A stretch of DNA of 64,000 bases from Prosthecobacter sp. (GTDB lineage: Bacteria; Verrucomicrobiota; Verrucomicrobiia; Verrucomicrobiales; Verrucomicrobiaceae). Under the pieces are notes generated by a model. That model had not been told where the DNA came from. It saw only the letters and a program-made list of their open reading frames with translations, and did no database searches. A program made the position numbers and the translations under genes. The stretch lies in NCBI GenBank assembly GCA_030827515.1, contig JAUREI010000002.1:3053-67052 (forward strand), in the 5' to 3' direction. Shown piece by piece: positions 19,084 to 27,454 of this stretch; the first letter of the stretch is position 1; each line of letters begins with the position of its first letter.

Positions 19084-21615
19084 TCAAAGCTCGATTTTCA
19101 ACGGTGGCGGTGGCTTCAGCCTGACGGCGGGCTGCTCGGCGGGGTCGGTGGTGTCCTCGCCCTCGACCGGCAAGGCGCGCAGGATCGGACTGCCATCATC
19201 GTTGACCGGACGCGCGCGCAGGACGGGTTGGAAGGCGTTGTAGGGGTCCGCCCCGACCAGAATCGGGTCGCGCACATGCACCGGTTCGACGTTCGCGTAT
19301 TTGCCGGTGTCGGCGACCATCAGCGGGTCATTGCCAAGGGTCAGGGACTGGTGGAAGGCGGCCAGTTCGGCGGGCAAGCCCTCGCCAGTGTGCAGGCTGC
19401 AGGTGGCATTGAAGAGGGTGCCTGGGCGCACGAACTCGGTGTAGGTGCTGCGCACGGAGCGTTCAACGCCATCGGCACCGCGAACTTTTTCATAGCAGAA
19501 GTCGGTCGCGCGCAAGCCGCTCTTCCGGCAGATCTCCAGGCGTTCGGCCGATTCCGGCGGCGTGAATTCCTGCGGTGTCCGGGCTTTGGCGGCGGCGTTG
19601 ATGATGTCTGTCCAAATCGGCAGGGCGATCTGGTTGGAGAAGGCCATGTCGTAGATTGTCTTCTGCTTGTCGAAGCCGGTCCAGACGCCGCAGGTGACAC
19701 TGCTGGTGTAGCCGAAATACCAGAGGTCCTTGTACTCGTGATGCGTGCCGGTTTTGCCCGCGGCGGGGAAATCGCCGAGCCCATACTCGCTGTGGGCGAG
19801 AGCGCCGGTGCCGCGGTGCAGGGCTTCCTCCAGGCAGGTGTGGGTCTGCCAGGCGGCGATTTCGTCCATGGCGCGCGCGGGTTGCAGGTGGGCTTCCGGC
19901 AGTTGGAACACCGTGTGGTCGTCGGCGTCGTCGATGCGCTGGATGATGTGGGTGCGCGAGGGCCGGCGTCCGAGGGTGGGGAAGCAGGAGTAGGCCAGCA
20001 CCATTTCGTCGAGGCGCGCCTCACTGGCACCGAGGAAGGTGGCGGGGCCGTCGCGCAGGGGTGATGCCACTCCGGCCCGCTTGACGAAGTCGCGAAATTC
20101 CGGGGTGATCAGGCCCTTGTCCAAGGCGACCTTTTCGCCAAGGCGGACGGTGGCGGAGTTGTGGGAAACCACCACGGCCTCGCGGGCACTGATGCTGCCG
20201 CGAGACCATTTCGGGTCAGGCACTTCCATGCCATACTCGCCAAGGATGCCGGTGAAACCGCCGATCATCACGCGGTCATTGCCGAGGGGTTCGTCGGCGA
20301 GGGGCGACATGGGGAAGAAGTCCGGCCGGGTGAAGGACGAGGCATAAACGAAGGGAATGAAGGCAGTGCCGACCGGCCGCCGGGTGGCGTTGACGCGGTT
20401 GAACTGGCTGTCAATGAAGTCGCGCCCACCGACGAGGGCGAGCACGGCGCCATCGCTGTTATCGATGACGAGGGCGGCGGCCTGCAGATACTCGGGCAGC
20501 GGCCGCTTGGGGGCCTCGGCGCCGGCAGGCAGCTTGCGGGTGCTGGCCCGCCAGTCGCGCAGGATGGTCTTGAACTGACCGTGGGTCTGGTGGGCGTAGC
20601 CGGGGCGCTGCTCGATCTCGGCGAGGCGTTGTTTGACGGCGGCTTCGGCGGCTTGTTGCAGGTTGCGGTCGATGCTGGTGTAGATTTGGAAGCCACCGAT
20701 GGCGGCGCGTTCCTCGCCAACGATGGCGACGACCTGGGAGCGGATCTCATCAAAGGCGTAACTGAGGCGCGGGTCGCTGCTCTGCGGAGCGGTGACGACA
20801 GGCCGCAGCTTGGCCTCTTCGGCTTCCGCCCTGCTGAGAAATCCTTCGGCCGCCATGCGGTCAAAGACGTAGTTGCGCTCCTTCAGGGCACGCTCGGGGT
20901 GGTCGAGTGGTTGGATGTTGTTCGGGCTTTTGATGAGCGAGGCCAGGGTGGCGGCCTCCTCAAGGGTCAGCTCCTTGGTATCCTTGTCAAAGTAGCCACG
21001 TGCCCCGGCCTGGATGCCGTAGAAGTTTTTGCCGAAGAAAATGCGGTTGAGGTAAAGCTCAAGAATCTCGGTCTTGCTGTACTGCCGTTCGATCCGCTGG
21101 GCGACGAAGGCCTCCATCAGCTTGCGCTTGTAGCTGCGCTCCATGAGACCAAAGGTCTGGCGGGCGAGTTGCTGGGTGATGGTGCTTGCCCCCTGGGTTG
21201 TGCGGCCGGCCTTGAGGTTTTCAATGACGGCGCGGACGAGGCCGATGTAGTCGACGCCATTGTGGCTGAAGAAGCGGCTGTCCTCCTGGGCAACCAAGGC
21301 GTCGACCATGTGCTGGGGCACATCCTGAATGGGCACTGGGGTGCGATTCAGCACGAAGATGCGCGAGAGTTCCTCGCCGTTCCGGTCATAGATGATGCTA
21401 GCGGACTCCAGCTTGCGCACTTCGGCAATGTCGTAGGTGTCGGCCTTCTCCTTGAGAGGCAGGACCACCATGACCCAGACTCCTAAGCCTGCGGCACCGC
21501 CGAGCAAGACAAGGGCGGCGAGGGCGCTGAACCAGGTGCGCCGGTAAAAGGGCTTTTTTCGGCGGATCAGCTCGCCACGCCAGTTTCTCAGGGGTTCCGG
21601 GTCGTTGCCAAACAT
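19084..21615 (-). CDS. Class A penicillin-binding protein (transglycosylase-transpeptidase, PBP1A family)
   Basis: N-terminal TM anchor. GT51 motifs QEDSRFFSH, GASTITQQLAR, RKLME, ILELYLN. KTG motif (AGKTGT). The SxxK region appears degenerate (VGTAFIPF). Confidence 0.9.
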   Translation of the reverse strand: MFGNDPEPLRNWRGELIRRKKPFYRRTWFSALAALVLLGGAAGLGVWVMVVLPLKEKADTYDIAEVRKLESASIIYDRNGEELSRIFVLNRTPVPIQDVPQHMVDALVAQEDSRFFSHNGVDYIGLVRAVIENLKAGRTTQGASTITQQLARQTFGLMERSYKRKLMEAFVAQRIERQYSKTEILELYLNRIFFGKNFYGIQAGARGYFDKDTKELTLEEAATLASLIKSPNNIQPLDHPERALKERNYVFDRMAAEGFLSRAEAEEAKLRPVVTAPQSSDPRLSYAFDEIRSQVVAIVGEERAAIGGFQIYTSIDRNLQQAAEAAVKQRLAEIEQRPGYAHQTHGQFKTILRDWRASTRKLPAGAEAPKRPLPEYLQAAALVIDNSDGAVLALVGGRDFIDSQFNRVNATRRPVGTAFIPFVYASSFTRPDFFPMSPLADEPLGNDRVMIGGFTGILGEYGMEVPDPKWSRGSISAREAVVVSHNSATVRLGEKVALDKGLITPEFRDFVKRAGVASPLRDGPATFLGASEARLDEMVLAYSCFPTLGRRPSRTHIIQRIDDADDHTVFQLPEAHLQPARAMDEIAAWQTHTCLEEALHRGTGALAHSEYGLGDFPAAGKTGTHHEYKDLWYFGYTSSVTCGVWTGFDKQKTIYDMAFSNQIALPIWTDIINAAAKARTPQEFTPPESAERLEICRKSGLRATDFCYEKVRGADGVERSVRSTYTEFVRPGTLFNATCSLHTGEGLPAELAAFHQSLTLGNDPLMVADTGKYANVEPVHVRDPILVGADPYNAFQPVLRARPVNDDGSPILRALPVEGEDTTDPAEQPAVRLKPPPPLKIEL

Positions 21616-21684
21616 TTGAGGTGGGCCTTGCTTCTAGGGAAGGCCATACTAATGCCGTTCCTGACCGCCTGCCAGCGCTTTCCC

Positions 21685-22767
21685 ATGTCCAACTTTGCCA
21701 GCCATCTCCATGCCATCCTTGCCGATTCCCCGGCGGGGCGGCTGGATTTCGCCCGTGTCATGGACCTGGCGCTTTACCACCCGGAGCTCGGCTACTACGG
21801 GCCCGGGCCGAGAAGGATCGGCCGCAGTGGTGATTTCTTCACCGCGGTCAGTGTTGGCCCCCTCTACGGCCGGTTGCTGGCCGTCCTTGCGGGGCAGGTC
21901 CACCGGGAACTCGGTGAACCGGCGGATTTCCTGGTCATTGAGCAGGCCGCCCATGACGGCCAGCTCGCCGCCGATCTGCTCGAGGTCGGTGCCTTCAATC
22001 TCTGCTTGGTCGAGCCGAACCCGCGTTATGAGGTGGTCCAGCGCGAGCGTTTGGCGGCGCATGCCGGCCGGGTGCGTTGGGTGTCCCAACTCGCTGACCT
22101 GCCGGAGGTGCCGGCCCTGTTCGTCTGCAATGAGCTGCCCGACGCCATGCCGGTTCAGCTGCTGCGCTGGGTGCAGGGTGCCTGGCGGCAGCTTCTCGTG
22201 GAGATCAATCCGGCCGGAGGCTTTTGCCTGGTGCCAGCCGCCATCGAAGACCCCCGCCTCGCCGCCGAAGCGGAGCGGCTGCCCCGGGATCTCGCCGAGG
22301 GGCACACTCTGGAGGTTGGGTTGGCAGCCCTCGACTGGCTTCAGGCGCTGGCCCAGGCGCCGTTTTACGGGCGTGTCTGGGTGGCTGACTACGGCCTTGA
22401 TGCCGAAGAGCGCCACGCTTCGCAGCGCGCTGCCGGCAGCCTGCGCCGCTACCGCGATCACCAATGCGACGAGCGGGTCCTCGAGGATCTGGGCGACTGC
22501 GACCTGACCGCCCATGTCGATTTCAGTCGCCTCCGCGAGCAGGCCACCGCCTGCGGATTCGCGGAACGGGGTTATGAACACCAGGGCCGCCGCCTCGGCC
22601 GTCTTGCGGTCGACTGGTTGCGCAGCCTGGAGGGACGTCCGCCCGATGCCGCCACCTCCGCCCTGCTGCGCCAGTATCAGAGCCTCACCCATCCCGCCTT
22701 CCTTGGCCGATCCTTCCGAGTGCTGGAACTCGACAAGCCGAAGCGGGCTGCGGCGACAGAATCGTGA
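21685..22767 (+). CDS. SAM-dependent methyltransferase, MidA/NDUFAF7 (DUF185) family
   Basis: MDLALYHPELGYY, GDFFTA, IEQAAHDGQLA, CNELPDAMP, ADYG, CDLTAHVDF. Confidence 0.88.
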   Translation: MSNFASHLHAILADSPAGRLDFARVMDLALYHPELGYYGPGPRRIGRSGDFFTAVSVGPLYGRLLAVLAGQVHRELGEPADFLVIEQAAHDGQLAADLLEVGAFNLCLVEPNPRYEVVQRERLAAHAGRVRWVSQLADLPEVPALFVCNELPDAMPVQLLRWVQGAWRQLLVEINPAGGFCLVPAAIEDPRLAAEAERLPRDLAEGHTLEVGLAALDWLQALAQAPFYGRVWVADYGLDAEERHASQRAAGSLRRYRDHQCDERVLEDLGDCDLTAHVDFSRLREQATACGFAERGYEHQGRRLGRLAVDWLRSLEGRPPDAATSALLRQYQSLTHPAFLGRSFRVLELDKPKRAAATES

Positions 22768-22782
22768 ATCCGGCGGGTCCGC

Positions 22783-23058
22783 TCAATCCGTGACCGGCCG
22801 GTCGTGGATGCCGAGGGCCTTTTCCAATTCCTGTTCGAGGTAGAGGGCCTGTTCGAGTTCCAGCCCGCCGAGAAGCTTGTGGCGCGATACGTCATCGGAC
22901 AAGGTCCAGAGTTGCCAGCTGATGCGCATGCCGTTCTTGCTGCGGGCAACATGGCGTTTGGAGAAGATTTGGCAGATCTGGCCGCTGCCTGCGACGCCTT
23001 GTTCCTGCAGAGTCCGCCCATCCCGACCACTTTGTCGGCCTGGGACATTATCACCTCG
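22783..23058 (-). pseudogene. Start-less 3' remnant of a hypothetical gene
   Basis: Frame is open from 23058 to TGA at 22785-22783 and reads ...GQICQIFSKRHVARSKNGMRISWQLWTLSDDVSRHKLLGGLELEQALYLEQELEKALGIHDRPVTD. It looks like a natural protein C-terminus. There is no upstream ATG/GTG, only an internal ATG at 22929, and an in-frame stop sits at 23059-23061. Confidence 0.5.
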
Positions 23059-23078
23059 TCACGGGCGAGCTGGATCCG

Positions 23079-23435
23079 ATGGGCGATCTCGGCGGCGATT
23101 GCCCGGCCAACCTGCTGGAGTTTTGGCTGGGCACCGATCCCAACGGCATGGCGCTCAACGACGAGACGCGGCTGCCCTGGTTGAGGGTGGAGTCCGCGAC
23201 GGCGGGAGGCTTTCAGGCGGTTTTTGAGTTCCATCAACCGGCGGCACGCACGGGGGTGGACTGGACCGTGCAGGCTTCAACCACACTGGTCGTGAATGAC
23301 TGGCAGGATCTGACGCATGGTGTCGAAGGGGTCGCCATCGTGCGCGAGGGCGACCTCATCCGAGTCACCCTGCCACTCGCGAAGGACGAATCCCGCCGGT
23401 TCCTGCGTTTGCGGGTCATGCCGGCGGCACCGTGA
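23079..23435 (+). pseudogene. Isolated C-terminal module typical of large verrucomicrobial secreted proteins (remnant or mini-gene)
   Basis: (DP)MGDLGGDCPANLLEFWLGTDP resembles the DPDGDG..NLLE.A.G.DP motif. It is followed by WTVQASTTL..DW...RRFLRLRV. No signal peptide, and the upstream frame closes at 22920. Confidence 0.6.
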
Positions 23436-23444
23436 ACTCCGCCC

Positions 23445-25010
23445 TTACTTCCACCTCATGCAGCGGAACGGATGGTCGTCGATGAGGTTGGGGCGCACGC
23501 CGGTGAGGCGGTCGGCATGGTAAAACTGGACGCCGACGTAGGTGTAGACCGGGATTACGGCGGCCTGATCGCTGACAAGCCGGCGCTCGGCCTGCTGGAA
23601 GATCGCGTTGCGCCTGCCGGCATTGGCCTCGGCGGCGGCACGAATGAGGGCATCGTATTCGACATCGGCATAGCCGGTGCGGTTCTGGCCGTTGTCGCTC
23701 TGGAAGAGGTCAAGGAAGGTGCTGGGGTCATTGTAATCGCCGACCCAGCTGCTGCGGCAGAGGTCGTAGTCGAGTTCGCGCATCGATTTCAGCCAGACCT
23801 TTTGTTCCTGCTTCGCGAGGTTGACGGTGACTCCGAGATGCTTTTGCCACATGGCTTGCAATTCGACGGCGATGTTGCGTTCGACCGCCAGGGGCAGGTA
23901 GAGGTACTCGACGCGCGGAAAGCCTTTGCCGTCGGGAAAACCCGCCTCGGCAAGCAGGCGGCGGGCGGCGGCGGGATCGAAGTCGAGACCGGGTGGCGGT
24001 TGGTAATCCGCGCCCGTGCCGGGGGGCACCATGCCGGTTGCCGGATGCTCGCCAAGCTGGGTGATATTGTCGACGATCCGGCGCTTGTCGACCGCAAGGG
24101 CAAAGGCCTGGCGGACGCGCGGATCGGTGAAGGGAGGGCGCTTCGTGTTGATGCGGATGAACCAGGTGCCGAGAAAGGGGCCGGTGTGGAACCAGGGCTG
24201 CTCACGCAGCTTGCGGGTGAGAGTCGGAGGCACCATACCCTTGTCCATAAGCAAGTCGCACTGGCCGGTGTGAAAGGCGGCGAGGGCGCTGCCGGCATCC
24301 TGCACCGGGCGGATCTCGACGGTGGCCAGGCTGACATTGGCGGCATCCCAGTAGGCGGGGTTCTTGCGAAGTCGGATGCGGTCGTCAAGGCGCCAGTCCT
24401 CCAGCAGGTAAGCACCGTTGCCGACCAGGCGGCCGGGCTTGATCCAGGCGCCGCCGTGCTGCTCAATCGTGCGCAGCGGCACGGGCGTGAGCGTGAGGAA
24501 GGCGCAGAGGTCGATGAAGTAGGGCACCGGGTTTTCCAGTTCGACGACGAGGGTGCGGGCATCCGGGGCGTGCAGGCCGACGTGCTCGAATCCGGCGCCG
24601 CCTTCCGTGTAGGCGCGGGCACCGCGAATCACATGAAGCAGGCTGGCGTAGTCTGCACCGGTCTCGGGTGTCAGCGCGCGCCGCCAGGCGTTGAGGAAGT
24701 CCTGCGCCTCGACCGGAGTTCCATCGCTCCACGCGGTGCCGGCACGCATGTGGAAGGTGTAGGTCTTGCGATCGGCGGAAATGTCCCAGCGCTCGGCCAT
24801 GCCAGGTTCTGCCCGACCGTGTTCATTGACCCGGCAGAGGCCCTCGAAAAGCGAGGAGGAGACACGCATCGAAACCTGATCGGTGGCGAGCGCAGGATCC
24901 AGCGTCTCCGGTTCGGCGCTTTGCAGGAACACCAGGTCGGGTCGCGGCCGCCGCTCCCCGCAGCTGGCAAGCAGCAGGAGGCCGAGGAGGAGGGCGGCGA
25001 GGCGGTGCAT
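23445..25010 (-). CDS. Peptide ABC transporter substrate-binding lipoprotein (family 5, OppA-like)
   Basis: Lipobox LLASC. EPETLDP, LFEGL, GTAWSDG, VGNGAYLL, VRQAFALAVD, SWVGDYNDPSTFL. Confidence 0.92.
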   Translation of the reverse strand: MHRLAALLLGLLLLASCGERRPRPDLVFLQSAEPETLDPALATDQVSMRVSSSLFEGLCRVNEHGRAEPGMAERWDISADRKTYTFHMRAGTAWSDGTPVEAQDFLNAWRRALTPETGADYASLLHVIRGARAYTEGGAGFEHVGLHAPDARTLVVELENPVPYFIDLCAFLTLTPVPLRTIEQHGGAWIKPGRLVGNGAYLLEDWRLDDRIRLRKNPAYWDAANVSLATVEIRPVQDAGSALAAFHTGQCDLLMDKGMVPPTLTRKLREQPWFHTGPFLGTWFIRINTKRPPFTDPRVRQAFALAVDKRRIVDNITQLGEHPATGMVPPGTGADYQPPPGLDFDPAAARRLLAEAGFPDGKGFPRVEYLYLPLAVERNIAVELQAMWQKHLGVTVNLAKQEQKVWLKSMRELDYDLCRSSWVGDYNDPSTFLDLFQSDNGQNRTGYADVEYDALIRAAAEANAGRRNAIFQQAERRLVSDQAAVIPVYTYVGVQFYHADRLTGVRPNLIDDHPFRCMRWK

Positions 25011-25098
25011 GGGGGTGGGGAGTGGGAGAGTGAGGAGGGGATGAGCCGGAACCTTCTAAACACGAAAAACCAAACACTCCTCATTCAACACTTTCAGC
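25011..25098. repeat. Imperfect heptamer tandem repeats arranged as an inverted pair (STRR-like)
   Basis: Purine-rich ggggagt/gggagag/tgaggag arm and a 7-nt-periodic taaacac/gaaaaac/caaacac/tcctcat/tcaacac arm. gagtgaggag (25028-25037) pairs with ctcctcattc (25077-25086). Confidence 0.5.
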
Positions 25099-25110
25099 CT
25101 CCGCCAGACC

Positions 25111-25632
25111 TCACACGCGTCTGGCCTCGCGGCGCAGGGCGACGCCGGCGTCGGCACTTTGAAAGTGCGCGATGCCAACGGCGAGGGCGTCGGCGGCATC
25201 GGCGGGTGGGGTCTCACGCAGACGCAGCAGCGAACGAATCATGAAGGCGACCTGATCCTTCTGGGCGGCACCGCGACCGACGGCCGCCTGTTTCACCTCG
25301 CTGGGCGAGTATTCATAGATGGGCAGACCGTGCTCGGCGGCGGCGATCAGGCAGGCCGCGCGGGCGGTGCCGAGGACAATGGCGGTTTTGTAACTTTGCA
25401 CATAGATCGTCGACTCGATGGCGCAAACCGTGGGGGCATGGGTTCGGATGACATCGGCAAGCTGTTCCCGGATGTTTACCAGGCAGCCGGAGTGGAGGCG
25501 CTTGGGAGAGTTGCTGACAACGCCCCAGGCAACGGCGCGCAGGTCGCGACCGGCCTTCTCCAGAACCGCCCACCCCGTGTTGCGCAGAGCCGGGTCAATG
25601 GACAGCAGGCGCTCCGGCGGTTCGATGGACAT
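25111..25632 (-). CDS. ruvC: Crossover junction endodeoxyribonuclease RuvC
   Basis: LSIDPALRNTGWAV, CAIES, YEYSPSEVKQAAVGRGAAQKDQV, DAADALAVGI. The start overlaps the upstream stop (TGATG). Confidence 0.94.
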   Translation of the reverse strand: MSIEPPERLLSIDPALRNTGWAVLEKAGRDLRAVAWGVVSNSPKRLHSGCLVNIREQLADVIRTHAPTVCAIESTIYVQSYKTAIVLGTARAACLIAAAEHGLPIYEYSPSEVKQAAVGRGAAQKDQVAFMIRSLLRLRETPPADAADALAVGIAHFQSADAGVALRREARRV

Positions 25633-26120
25633 CACCAGCCTTTCTTCTTGGTTTCGGCGCTCCAGCTTTCGCCGATGCGGAAGAGTTGATCGAGCGAGAT
25701 GGCACCCGAACCAAACATCAGCAGGGTCAGGCTGGTCAGCAGGTACAAGCCGCCGGTCTCGGCGGCATCGCTGCCGGCACGACTGGCGAACAGCACAAAG
25801 GCGCCGCACAGCGGCAGGAACAGGAAGGCGAACAAGCGCGTCAGGAAGCCGGTGATCCAGCTCAGCGCGACAGCGGCGACGACCAGGGCGAGCACGGGTG
25901 TCAACAGGTGGGGCAGGGGCAGGCCGGCATCCTTGACCAGGGTGACCCAGGTCCAGGGCTGTTCGTTCCACAAAAAATGATAGGCGTCGCGCACCGCCTG
26001 CCAGCCGTGCCGGTACATCAGCAGCAGGCCGGCACCGGCACGCAGCACAAGGATGGATTTGAAAATCTGCGCCCAGGGATTTTGGTTCGCCTCCGGGCTG
26101 CCGCCGACGTGCTCAATCAT
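25632..26120 (-). CDS. DoxX-family membrane protein
   Basis: LRAGAGLLLMYRHGW, GFLTRLFA, GSGAISLDQL. Four hydrophobic segments. Confidence 0.75.
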   Translation of the reverse strand: MIEHVGGSPEANQNPWAQIFKSILVLRAGAGLLLMYRHGWQAVRDAYHFLWNEQPWTWVTLVKDAGLPLPHLLTPVLALVVAAVALSWITGFLTRLFAFLFLPLCGAFVLFASRAGSDAAETGGLYLLTSLTLLMFGSGAISLDQLFRIGESWSAETKKKGW

Positions 26121-26123
26121 GAA

Positions 26124-26813
26124 TTAAAAATCGGTGGAGAGCTGGAGGATGTCGCCCGGTTCCGGCGTCATCTTGGCGTCGGCCGCCTCAAGGCCCGGGT
26201 AGTAGCGACTCAGGCCTTCGCGAATGACGTAGATGCCGCGGTTGGTCGAACCCGCTCGCCGACCGCCGGCGTGGGCGACCGCCTGCGAGAGGGTCATGCC
26301 CTCCCAGGCGGGCAGATAGCGAACGCGGTTGATGTCGCCGGTCACGGCCACCAGGGGAACGTCCTCGACGGACAGAACGTGAACGGTGACGGGCCGGGTG
26401 ATGCGCAGGCCAACCCGGAAGGTGCGGGCGATGGTTTCCGCGGCTTCGGCGAGATCCTGGCCGCCGAGGCGAACGCTGCCGGCTTCGGGGAAGGTGACCG
26501 TGCCGTCGGCATCGACCATGACGACACCGTTGTAAATGCGCTTGGTCGAGCGAGCCCCCTCGTAAACATGAAGACGCAGGCTGTGGCCCTGGGACAGTTT
26601 TTGGTCGGCCTCGAAGGGCACACGCGGATCCTCGGCACCGGTACTGTCGGTGTCAGGCATGCCGGGCAGTACCCGCGTCAGCTTTTTCAGGCCGGCGAAC
26701 GAGGGGAGTGGCGGCTTGGGCAGACGGCTGAAATCCGGTGTGTATTTTTTGACGGTGGTACAGGCCCCGATCAGGAGCAGGGCGGGAAGCAGCAGGCGGG
26801 TGTAGGCGGTCAT
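26124..26813 (-). CDS. Polysaccharide export (Wza-like)/SLBB-domain lipoprotein
   Basis: Lipobox LIGAC. GHSLRLHVY, VDADGTVTFPEAGSVRLGG, VAVTGDI, MTLSQAVAHAGG, PGDILQL. Confidence 0.8.
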   Translation of the reverse strand: MTAYTRLLLPALLLIGACTTVKKYTPDFSRLPKPPLPSFAGLKKLTRVLPGMPDTDSTGAEDPRVPFEADQKLSQGHSLRLHVYEGARSTKRIYNGVVMVDADGTVTFPEAGSVRLGGQDLAEAAETIARTFRVGLRITRPVTVHVLSVEDVPLVAVTGDINRVRYLPAWEGMTLSQAVAHAGGRRAGSTNRGIYVIREGLSRYYPGLEAADAKMTPEPGDILQLSTDF

Positions 26814-26861
26814 GGGGCAGGGTGCGGGCAACGCACGATGAACGCCGCACCCCGAAATGAC

Positions 26862-26889
26862 AAGGCCAACGTCGGAGGACGTCGGCCTT
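26862..26889 (-). terminator. Hairpin, probable terminator after the two small genes
   Basis: Minus-strand RNA AAGGCCGACGUC-CUCC-GACGUUGGCCUU forms a 12-bp stem with one G-U pair, 41 nt after the stop at 26931. The U-tract is weak. Confidence 0.55.
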
Positions 26890-26930
26890 TCTGCCGGCGG
26901 GGTGGCCGGACGGGGGAGCGGGTGGATCGA

Positions 26931-27134
26931 TCAGGCGGCCAGTCGCACCATGCCGTCGTTGACGAGCAGTCGTGCGAGGTCCGGTGTGTAATGGACGAGT
27001 TCGCGGGCCAGAATCTCCAGGCTCGTGTCAGACTTCCACGCATCACGGCGGCCACGCTCATGGTCCTCGACTTCGATGCTCATCATGGCATGGAAAAGCA
27101 GCACATCGGCCTGGGTGTCGGGTTGCAGAGTCAT
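26931..27134 (-). CDS. Hypothetical 67-aa acidic helical protein with C-terminal -RLAA
   Basis: ORF begins 16 nt after the RHH-like gene and has natural-looking composition. A terminator-like hairpin follows. Confidence 0.65.
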   Translation of the reverse strand: MTLQPDTQADVLLFHAMMSIEVEDHERGRRDAWKSDTSLEILARELVHYTPDLARLLVNDGMVRLAA

Positions 27135-27150
27135 GATTTGTGCGGGATGA

Positions 27151-27387
27151 TCAGGCAGTTTCCGGCACCGACACGACGGTGCCGTCCTGCAGGATGAATT
27201 TGCGTTTTTCCAACTCGCCTTCCTTGAGCTTGTTCTCGATCGCCGCGCTCAGCAGCATGCGCGCCGCTTCCGCGGGGCTGCAGCCGAACGTGCCCTTCAG
27301 GGTCAGATCATCGAGATACGCCCGGATTTGGGGCGTGATCGCGATGGTCAGGCTGACCGAGTCGAAACTGTTGGAGGGACGAGCCAT
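27151..27387 (-). CDS. Ribbon-helix-helix-like DNA-binding protein (hypothetical)
   Basis: Alternating strand VSLTIAIT, helix PQIRAYLDDL, Gly turn, helix PAEAARMLLSAAIE. This is the CopG/Arc/MetJ-type pattern. Confidence 0.65.
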   Translation of the reverse strand: MARPSNSFDSVSLTIAITPQIRAYLDDLTLKGTFGCSPAEAARMLLSAAIENKLKEGELEKRKFILQDGTVVSVPETA

Positions 27388-27425
27388 GTGGCGGAAATGA
27401 GGAATTAAAACCCCAATACAATGCC

Positions 27426-27454
27426 ATTTAAATCGAAGTCGCTTGTTTCGGCAA
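27426..27454 (-). promoter_or_regulatory. Candidate sigma70 promoter of the RHH bicistron, overlapped by a dyad
   Basis: Minus strand TTGCCG-17-TTAAAT. The dyad CGCTTG-N6-CAAGCG (27440-27457) overlaps the -35 box. Lies in a 34%-GC stretch. Confidence 0.45.

Noticed and set aside
22877-23227. Plus-strand 116-aa ORF (contains WRLEKIW) as the missing 5' part of the 23079 module via a frameshift
   Set aside because: Mostly low-information Arg/Pro/Gly sequence, and the same bases read as a more convincing protein tail on the minus strand. Not fully excluded.
25111-25632. RuvC-fold gene as a Cas12/TnpB or transposase nuclease
   Set aside because: 173 aa with all canonical Holliday-junction resolvase motifs; no CRISPR array, IS ends or zinc finger.
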